Source: Balanoglossus misakiensis
Taxonomy: Eukaryota; Animalia; Hemichordata
Direction of reading: 5' to 3'
NCBI GenBank assembly: GCA_040954595.2
Contig: CM082577.2
Location: forward strand, 17,119,903 to 17,183,902
Length of the DNA stretch: 64,000 nt
In this document: piece by piece, positions 28,201 through 37,758 of the stretch
How the letters are laid out: each line of letters begins with the position of its first letter
Numbering within the stretch: the first letter of the stretch is position 1
The notes under the pieces: model-generated
Told to the model about the DNA's origin: nothing
Database searches by the model: none
What the model saw: only the letters and a program-made list of their open reading frames with translations
Program-made: the position numbers and the translations under genes

Positions 28201-29762
28201 CAGCATGACTCGCACTCCCACGGTCGCGTTTTTTTTTATATACTAATATCCAGAAATCAAAGTGGCATCTTATTTGAATATTAATATCAAAATATCCAAA
28301 ATTATAGCATTCTAGATCCCAACAGTGTAGTAAACGCTCGCCGTAAAATGTCATTTTGAACCGAAATTTGAGGATGACCTTGACCTTGAACCCCAAAGTT
28401 CAATTTAGCAATCAAAAGCTCGCATCCGACAATACAAGTTTGAGTGTTTAAATTTTATCTAAAGCTTAATTGGTAGCAAAGATATAGCAAGTTTCTTATT
28501 TTTGGGAATTTCGCAAAACCTTCTATCCGTCGTTATGGTTACAGAATTTTAATATAAATTACAACCAAAGACGAAAATAGGCCTATTTTTCTTAAAGCTA
28601 ATATTCCTTGCAACCTGATGACCAATTTACAGCCTCCTCGAGCAAACCGTTTTCCAGTAAATCAAAACTATGTATGACCGATATGCAAAAAATAGCGAAA
28701 TTTTCACTTTGACCCCAAGTTTTGAAGATGAACTTGACCTCTGACCTTGTCGGTCGTGTAATAATTGGATAGCCCGTACCCTACTTTATAATACTGAATG
28801 TTTAAATTTTTTCTCTAGCTTTCTCAGAACCTGAAATATCTCATTTTAACTGTATGAGTACTCTTGCTATTCCTACCATTCATTTTGTTGTCATTAAAAC
28901 AGCAGGTTTTGCATATTAAGTATATGTAAACAGCAAAACAAATTAAAATCTTTGTAAACAATACACATCTCTATCTGGAGATCAAATTATAGCATTCTAG
29001 ACCCAAACAGTGTTTTGTAAACGCTCGCCGTAAAATGTCATTTTGAACAAAAATCCATAATGTCCATTTTGTCACTTTGACCTGAAATTTGAGGATGACC
29101 TTGACCTTGAACACCAAAGTTCAAGTTAGCAATGAAAAGATCGCACCCGACATTATAAGTATGAGTGTTAAAATTTTATCTAAAGCTTAATTGGTAGCAA
29201 AGATATAGCAGGATTCTTATTTTTGTGATTTTCGCAAAATCTGCTGTCCGTCGTTATGGTAACAGAATTTTAATATAACTTAATATCAAAGACGTGAATC
29301 AGCTTATTTTTCATAAACCTAATGTTCCATGCTACCTGATGACCAATTTACAGCCTCCTCGAGCAAACCGTTTTCGAGTAAATCGAAACTATGTATGATC
29401 GATGTGCAAAAAATAGCGAAATTTTTACTTTGACCCCGCGTTTTGAAGATGAACTTGACCTCTGACCTTGTCGGTCATGTAATCATTGGATAGCCCATCC
29501 CCTACTTTATAAGACCCAATGTTTAAATTTTTTCTCTAGCTTTCTCAGATCCTGAAATATATCATTTTTTAACTGTATGAGTACCCCTAAAATTATGCTA
29601 TCGTTACCATGACAACCGCTCCTCACGGCCACACCCACCATTAATATGAGTGCAAACAACCTGATTCTGACAGCTGGATAAATAGGCTTTCCAAAAATAT
29701 ATGTCTGCAAAACTCCTCAGGGGGGGGGGGGGGGAGGGTTTCGGTCTCTGGCCCATGGACTA
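25281..29762 (-). mobile_element. Academ DNA transposon, deleted/decayed, with ~760-bp TIRs
   Basis: Ends TAGTCCATGGGCCAGAGACC / GGTCTCTGGCCCATGGACTA, with a TTA 3-bp TSD (25278-25280 and 29763-29765). 25281-~26040 is inverted at ~28985-29762, and a second diverged copy of the inner TIR lies at ~28283-28862. Confidence 0.85.
26440..27900 (-). pseudogene. Academ-type transposase remnant
   Basis: Minus-strand fragments TFNFWYDF, ALRNGD, DYARYMSV, SLKGAGGVIG..ALEKWF and EEADTRI..LHAIAA resemble Academ transposase and XPG-like motifs. Many stops and frameshifts; boundaries are approximate. Confidence 0.65.
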
Positions 29763-31949
29763 TTAAAATTATTTCAATTCCACTGACAACAGTAGTCCTT
29801 ATCAATTGAAACATCTGAATGGGTGATATAAATATCAATATAAAAGTAAAAATATAGCTAAAACAATGTTATCTTTTGAGAAAAGTTGTTGCATGCACAC
29901 ACAAAAAACAGACTAACACTGCATACTCACACGCACACACACACAAACACATAGACAAATGCTTTAAAGCCCCTATAGCTGCCAAATTTCACATATTTTT
30001 TCCACTGTACAATACTTCAATTATATTCCCTATCCTCTACCGTGGCCGAAATCGACACACTGTGTAGGTTTCAAACCTACACTGTCCCTTTACTAGAAAA
30101 TGCGCGCGTACGGTGTAGGTTTCAAACCTACACTGCCCTTTACTAGAAAATGCGCGCGTACGGTGTAGGTTTCAAACCTACACTGCCCTTTGCTAGAAAA
30201 TGCGCGCGTACGGTGTAGGTTTCAAACCTACACTGTCCCTTTGGTGAAACGAAAAAAGCAAGTGTAGGTTTCAAGTAGTGTCCACCGGAAGTACAGTACT
30301 GGAGTATGAGTTTTTGCGAACAAACGAACAGCCGCAGGTATAGGACATTATTGGATATTCTGTTGAACTAAGTGCAACTTTTGACAATGTACAGTACTGC
30401 TGAACATGTATTATGTTTGACTGGCTTACTAATTGAGCATCTTTGAAAGGCATCATTTTTCTGACCATTCATTTCAAAATTCGACCTACATTTTTTGCGA
30501 CTGATAGATTGTAATTTTGGGCAAGAACCTGACTAAAATGGCAGCCTGAACATGAACTTCGCAGGCGAGTGTATTTAAAGATATTTTGCCAGCTTTCCAT
30601 ACATAATTTCAGGCATGGAAATTCCTGGCGACTGTGACACAACAGATCTTTGTAAATCTGTACACAGACAGAATGCAGAGGGTGTTCTTGTATCTGAACT
30701 TTATGGAAAATATAATGTAAATATCTGTTGTATTATATAGTTATAGTCATGATGAGTTTATTCATTTGCATTTTGAGTAATAAGTGTAAGAATACAGACA
30801 CATGAAATTTACTGGTACAATGTTCAGAAACACAATTTAGTAATGCACTTAGAACCATTAACTTTGACTACTATAATTTATTGAATACACTTCATCTTTT
30901 GCTAATTAAATTCTACAACACAACTACAGTGTATGTGACTGTTTATTTCTATTTCTATTTATGCGAGGGACAAAAAATAAGTTTACTCAAGAAAGAAGTT
31001 CAGCTTAACAAACTTTTATGTCATGTTTGGTTTTACATTCAAACAAGCCTTGAGGAAGGCATATAGTTTCTAGATATAGAATAAATTGTCAATAGTAGCA
31101 ATGTTGGAATGTATCACAATGAAAATTGACATGCAAACATAAATGTCATAGGCACTGAACTAAGTAATATCAACTTTAATGACTGAGTGATGGATTTGGA
31201 CATGGAGAATTTATCAATATACGCCTTGCATAAGGTATAGTCCGTGTAGTTACTAGTACCGGTAGTTACTCGAGGCTCAACCTGTTTTTTTTTGTGTTTT
31301 TTTCTCTTCATTTCATAGCTTAAGTGGGATATCATTATCAAACTAGTCTTGGTAGCTGCAGTTCAATGAATGTAAACAGCTGGACTACCACTTGAATTAT
31401 TTTGTAGGCCAAATAGACTTTTGAGTAAGTAGTCTGTTGATACGGGACTACTTGCAATTTTGAGCCCTACGTGTACATGAACACAAGTCGTTGAAGATGT
31501 AATGTGATATAATGTTAGCGAATAAGTCCTGTAGCATAGAGTGTGGAAAATGGATTAACCTGTTTACTTTGCCATGGACATTAGTCAAATTTATAACATG
31601 TAAACAGTTGTCAAATCACAGCCAATCATAATGCATCTTTTCCAGTCTTGTTCATCGAAAAAGTACAGTCCATCTTGGAAACTTGTCATCATCACAGTCA
31701 ATTAACCAATCAAATACCTTCGAATATGTACATGTACCCAGTCCATAAGAAGCAACATGCACTTTGAATGGTTTGTTTCCTAGGATGTACATTGTTAATA
31801 CTTTAACAAAGGTGGTTATAGAAGTTACAAGACAGTAGAAAAGTTGAAATTACAATCATCATCTAAAAGTCTTTTTTCTTTACAAATGTTAACAAGTTCA
31901 CTGACATACATGTAGTTCAAGTAACAGTTATGATCAAGTCTGAGCCATC

Positions 31950-32324
31950 TTACACTTGGCCAAAGCCTGCACTGTTAAGAATGCCAAATTCCATAATCTC
32001 TTTGAACTTTATGTAGGATTTTACAACAGGTATTCTTAGTATGTTTCCACATGTATTTGCAATTTGAAATAGCTTTTCATCAGCTTGAGCCCTACGAAAA
32101 TCCAAAGTGGGGGATGGCCTAAATCCAAGTGGAGGTTCCTTGTCCAATCCAGTGGCAAATACTACTATGTCCTTTAATGTCACATCTGCCTCGCCCTCTA
32201 TACAAATGGAAAAATAGGGAAATACAGGTGCACTAATTAATATCAGCTTTTTTGAAAGTCATTGGTATACTTTCACACGCAATTTAAAGTATAATAACTA
32301 TGACTTAATGAGTGATTGGATCTG

Positions 32325-32383
<59 letters not shown>

Positions 32384-32423
32384 ATGTATGTATGTATGTA
32401 TGTATGTATGTATGTATGTGTGC

Positions 32424-32456
<33 letters not shown>

Positions 32457-32712
32457 TGTATGTATGTATGTATGTATGTATGTATGTATGTATGTATGTA
32501 TGTATGTATGTATGTATGTATGTATGTATGTATGTATGTATGTATGTATGTATGTATGTACCGGTATGAATGTATGTATTTATGTACCTGTATAGGCTGT
32601 ATGTATGTATGTATGTATGTATGTATGTATGTATGTATGTATGTATGTATGTATGTATGTATGTATGTATGTATGTATGTATGTATGTATGTATGTATGT
32701 ATGCATGTATGC

Positions 32713-32745
<33 letters not shown>

Positions 32746-33480
32746 TGTATGTATGTATGTATGTATGTATGTATGTATGTATGTATGTATGTATGTATGT
32801 ATGTATGTATGTATGTACCGGTATGAATGTATGTATTTATGTACCTGTATAGGCTGTATGTATGTATGTATGTATGTATGTATGTATGTATGTATGTATG
32901 TATGTATGTATGTATGTATGTATGTATGTATGTATGTGTCTTATTTTATAATGCAAAAAATACTAGTGATGTAATTTTATCAAAAGAACTTTGCCGTGGG
33001 ATGGACAATGGTAGTTACAAGACAGTAGAAAACATACATTGTATACATTGTATATCCACCGAGTTCGATTACAGCAGTAGGAACATGAAGTTGGCAAGAA
33101 AATTTGAAGTTCTAGGACTTACTATAACATGTACTATGGTAGACTAGGTGTTTTTAGTATTTAAACCAAACTGACACATTTAGTGTTTGACCATGCTCAT
33201 GCAATTCATGGTGGTCGATAATACTATCACTTAGTTACAAAAAAATGAAATTACTTTACCTTCAATGTCAATCAGATAATCCCTCCAATACGACAGGACA
33301 GTCACCTCCTCTGCCCTTTTATTGGAGCCTTCAGGGGCTAACGACACAGTAAACATATCTTCAACCGACTTTGCTGTTAGTTTCGTCTCAGCATTATCAT
33401 ACATGAAGATCTTACTAAATCCTATTGGATTTGACTTTACAGCTTGTAGGACATCTAGGGTTGAAAGACCAGCTTTAAAT
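31950..33480 (-). pseudogene. G2E3-like HECT E3 ubiquitin ligase, C-terminal two exons (33480-33260 and 32197-31950)
   Basis: Canonical AG/GT boundaries join in frame: FKAGLSTLDVLQAVKSNP...PEGSNKRAEEVTVLSYWRDYLIDIE/EGEADVTLKDIVVFATGLDKEPPLGF...ANTCGNILRIP...GILNSAGFGQV*. The catalytic-type ANTC is intact; the 5' part of the gene is missing. Confidence 0.85.
32327..32936. repeat. (TG)n + (TATG)n microsatellite in the HECT intron, with an internal 257-bp duplication
   Basis: The interruption CCGGTATGAATGTATGTATTTATGTACCTGTATAGGC occurs at 32561 and 32818. Confidence 0.95.
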
Positions 33481-34639
33481 CTAAGAGTTACATAAATTAT
33501 AAAAATCTCATTAGATTAAAGCAACAAGTCATCGAAGACATAGTTCCCCCCCTAAAATAAGATGTATATGAACAGTGAAGAACACTATGTTTTTGTGGAC
33601 CTCGACACAAAACAAAAACAAAAACAAAAACAAACCAACAAACAAACAAATAACAAGACAATGTCTACATATAACACGCGAAAACATCAAATATCTTTAT
33701 AATCACTCACCTCCTTACCCAGGCGAGACTCCGTTTACCTGCGGCTGTTCGTTTGTTCGCAAAAACTCATACTCCAGTACTGTACTTCCGGTGGACACTA
33801 CTTGAAACCTACACTTGCTTTTTTCGTTTCACCAAAGGGACAGTGTAGGTTTGAAACCTACACCGTACGCGCGCATTTTCTAGCAAAGGGCAGTGTAGGT
33901 TTGAAACCTACACCGTACGCGCGCATTTTCTAGCAAAGGGCAGTGTAGGTTTGAAACCTACACCGTACGCGCGCATTTTGTAGCAAAGAGACAGTGTAGG
34001 TTTGAAACCTACACCGTACGCGCGCATTTTGTAGCAAAGGGACAGTGTAGGTTTGAAACCTACACAGTGTGTCGATTTCGGCCACGGTAATCCTCACTTT
34101 TAAGCGGGGTTAGCCATATTACTTGCATTTGCATAAGTTTGTCATCTCTTGGGGACACATACCACAATAGCTGCGTACTGTTTGTATGGAGGCTGATTAA
34201 ATTGGTGCGGCACTGTTTTAATACATAGCATGTTCAAATTGCAACATGCAGTCAGTTCATGTATACCTATCAGTTAGTTTATTTAGACGGGCCAATTTAA
34301 AGTTGGAAAATACAATCATGAAAATAATTCAAACAGTGGCAGCTCTAGAGGCCTTAAATACTAACCCTAAAATACATAGAGATCTTTGACCTTCAGCTTT
34401 GATAAATTATTTGATAATTGGCTACCTTTCATCTTGCAACTATGTACAATACAGTGTTCTTATTATTGCTGATGAGTGTATATTCACAGTTCAAAAAGCA
34501 AATCATATAATATGAGGTGTTTGCTGACCTTGTATTCAGAAGTCTGTTTTCAATTTTATTTTCAGATGTCTCAACGCCCACGGTGTAAATGCAGAAAACC
34601 AAAACGTTTCAACAGTGAGGAATTTGAACTTGATAAAGG

Positions 34640-34789
34640 CAGAGTGGTTGACAAGACTGGTGATGAAGATAGAGAGGATCTAGAGAAAATTGTTGATAAT
34701 GATAATGATAATGAAAAGAAGTTTGATGTTGATGATAGAGAGGATGTAGATAAGACTGATGATGGAGATGGACAGGATGTAGATAAGAC

Positions 34790-34838
<49 letters not shown>

Positions 34839-35260
34839 GATGACTATGGAGATAATGAAGAGATAACAGATGATGAACGAGTGGATGTAGATACGACTGA
34901 TGATGAAGATGGACCGGATGTAGATACGACTGATGATGAAGATAGACAGGATGTAGATACGACTGATGATGAAGATGGACCGGATGTAGATACGACTGAT
35001 GATGAAGACAGACAGGATGTTGAAAAGACTGATGATGAAGACAGACAGGATGAAGATAAGACTGATGATGATGAAGATGACTATGAAGATAATAAAGAGA
35101 TAACAGATGATGAACGAGTGGATGTAGATACGACTGATGGTGAAGACAGACAGGATGAAGATAAGACTGATGATGATGAAGATGATTATGAAGATAAAGA
35201 AGAGATAACGGATGATAATGGAGAGGATGTAGAGAAAACTGATGGTGAAGATAAAGAGGA
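34640..35260 (+). repeat. Coding 33-bp acidic repeat (DVDTTDDEDGP-like) with a (GAT)n tract
   Basis: Visible in the DNA and in the translation of ORF 34476-36479. Confidence 0.9.
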
Positions 35261-37239
35261 AAGTAACAACAAAGAGAAATTGTCATTTGACATAACTCTG
35301 TCATCTGAAGAATGGAATGCAATAAAACCTGAAGAATCTACAGGTCAGCGGCTTCTTAAGGGGGACTGGACACAAGTACTCTATTCCAAGTTCAATGAAC
35401 ACGAACCTGCATGTGTTTTGAAGTTTTACTATAATAGAGTACAGAAATCTAGATCAAGGAAATTTTCTGCACCCTTCTTTAGAGGTAAAGCAAAATGCCA
35501 AGGGGAAACCTGTACAGCCCAGTTTCAATTTTTGATACAGGACGAACCTGAAGATCCTGAAGAAGTTTCTGTAAACTGCAAACGTGTTAGTGGTGTTACC
35601 CATCATACCAGCACAGAAACAAACAGCCGGCAACTAACTGGTAAGACAAGGCAAAGGGAGGCACAGATTGCACAAGAAAAAGGTATTGTTAATCAATATT
35701 ATTCAAATCTGGCAGAGGCTCCCCAAGCAGAGCTAGAAGGCGGCAACCTTACCAGGTGTCCATCAACAACAGTTTTGAGAAAAGCAGTTAAGAAAATAGT
35801 GCAAAAAGAATTGCTTCACCAAGACTTCATACAAGAGGTCATGCCGCTGAACAGGGTATACCAAGATGAAGATGATGATGCTGCCATGATGGGGTACATA
35901 CATAATATGTCAGCGGACCCCTTTTCAGTTCATCTATATTCCAATGAGCAGATTGGCATTCTGTGTGAACTGTCTAGACAACATGTTTTAGATGTATACT
36001 TCGATGCTACGGGAAGTATCATAAAGAAACTGCCAGATTGGCACAGATCTTTGCTATATTCCCTTGTGGTAAAAAATGAAGATCTCCCACTGATATGTGT
36101 TGCCGATTTCCTGTCATGCGACCATACGATCGCTGCAATTTGCCACTTTTTAAGTTGTGTAGTGAGAGCAGGTGTGCTGATGCATATTCATCGCATAACC
36201 CCCCGGAAAGTTGAAACAGACTGGAGTTGGTCCCTAATTCAAAGTTCATTGATAACGTTCAACAGAATGTCAGTAAAAGCCTACTTAAATGTAGCAATGA
36301 AAGTCCATAACCATTCATACAGTATGTTGGATCTCACCATTGTGCACTTGTGTACAGCACATATAATGCACAATTTTTCCAGGAATATTAGAGGCAGCAC
36401 AAAGCAAAGGAAGCCACTACGGAAAGTGCCGATGCAGATGCTCTCCAGAATTGTCAACACAACTAGCTTGGATGGGTAATGTGGTGGAGGATTGCAGTAT
36501 AATTCTCAAGAATGATAAATTGACAGATACTGTCAGGGAAGCATTAAAAAGGATAGCATCAAGAGCTCCAGAAGTAGAAAGTAATGAGGAAACCACTACA
36601 CATCCCTGTTTGGTGAGTGGTGATGATCCCTTCGTAAATGAGGGCACAATTAGGGAAGCCTCTCCATTCACAGCCTATTTTCAGGCCATAGCAGATGGGG
36701 TAGAAGTGGAAGAATCAAACGCTGAAGACAATCTGTATAAATCTAGAGAGAACCTTAATCTCCTATTGCATCAGTATCTACCAATGTATCCATTCATAAG
36801 TGGTATGCTGCTAGGAGATATTACACGGTATTCAGAAGATGTCACTGGTAAAGACATGGAGGCTGAGACAGAAACTGAGACCAGGGATACAAACGCACCA
36901 GTTGAGGCATGGTTTAAAATGGTTAAAGTTGATGTACTCAGAAGAAAGCGAGGCTTTAGGCCAGCGTATTTCATAAGAGTACTGAAGAAAGCTCTTTATG
37001 GAAGGTTAAGGGAGAGGGAATTTCCAGCCATACGACAAAGGAAAAAAAGAGAAGAAAGAAGAAGAGAATGAATGGTTCAAAGAAAGAGACTTCCACAGAA
37101 AGAAGAAAAGAAACGAGTGGAAAAGAGGGACAGATCGAGAGTGATTCAGTCGATAGCATCACTGTGGAGTTGTCACAGGAGTCATGGTGCAGAGACAGAA
37201 AAAGAAAAGGAAGTGAAAGGGGGAGAGAGGGCACAGAGC

Positions 37240-37758
37240 GTCCACAAAAGAAAGCCAAAACTGGAAGTAATTTGAAACGTCTTCCTAAGAAGGGATCAGT
37301 TGGGAAAGCCAAGAAACCAAAGTTGACTAAAGTAGGAGTACACACAAGAAAGAAAACAAAAGGAAGAGCAGAAATGGTACCTCAGGGGATGAAAAACCAA
37401 GTAGAAGAGAAGACGTACAGTGTCCACAAAAGAAAGCCAAAACTGGAAGCAATGTGAAACGTTTTCCTAAGACGGGATCAGTTGGGAAAGCCAAGAAACC
37501 AAAGTTGACTAAAGTAGGAGTACACACAAGAAAGAAAACAAAAGGAAGAGCAGAAATGGTACCTCAGGGGATGAAAAACCAAGTAGAAGAGAAGACGTAC
37601 AGTGTCCACAAAAGAAAGCCAAAACTGGAAGCAATGTGAAACGTTTTCCTAAGACGGGATCAGTTGGGAAAGCCAAGAAACCAAAGTTGAATAAAGTAGG
37701 AGTACACACAAGAAAGAAAACAAAAGGAAGAGCAGAAATGGTATCTCAAGGGATGAAA
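37240..37758 (+). repeat. 182-bp tandem repeat (~2.8 copies) in the basic linker of the transposase
   Basis: GTCCACAAAAGAAAGCC starts at 37240, 37422 and 37604. Confidence 0.92.

Larger units (their letters stand above)
30038..34089 (-). mobile_element. IS3EU-like non-autonomous DNA transposon (~300-350 bp TIRs, 6-bp TSD) carrying HECT exons
   Basis: Ends TACCGTGGCCGAAATCGAC / GTCGATTTCGGCCACGGTA, with ATCCTC duplicated (30032-30037 and 34090-34095). TIRs contain tandem ~57-bp units with the palindrome GTGTAGGTTT-C-AAACCTACAC. TAY..RTA ends with a 6-bp TSD match IS3EU. No transposase seen. Confidence 0.8.

Noticed and set aside
17196-29838. Duplicated short ORFs (17196/24151 and 25330/29507)
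   Set aside because: They fall within the LTRs and the Academ TIRs respectively; their duplication reflects the repeats, not genes.
32305-33147. MYVC/HTYI-repeat ORFs (and VC/HT ORFs at 13486-13861)
   Set aside because: Translations of microsatellites.
34609-35322. 237-aa His-rich ORF on the minus strand
   Set aside because: Antisense shadow of the GAT-rich acidic repeat.
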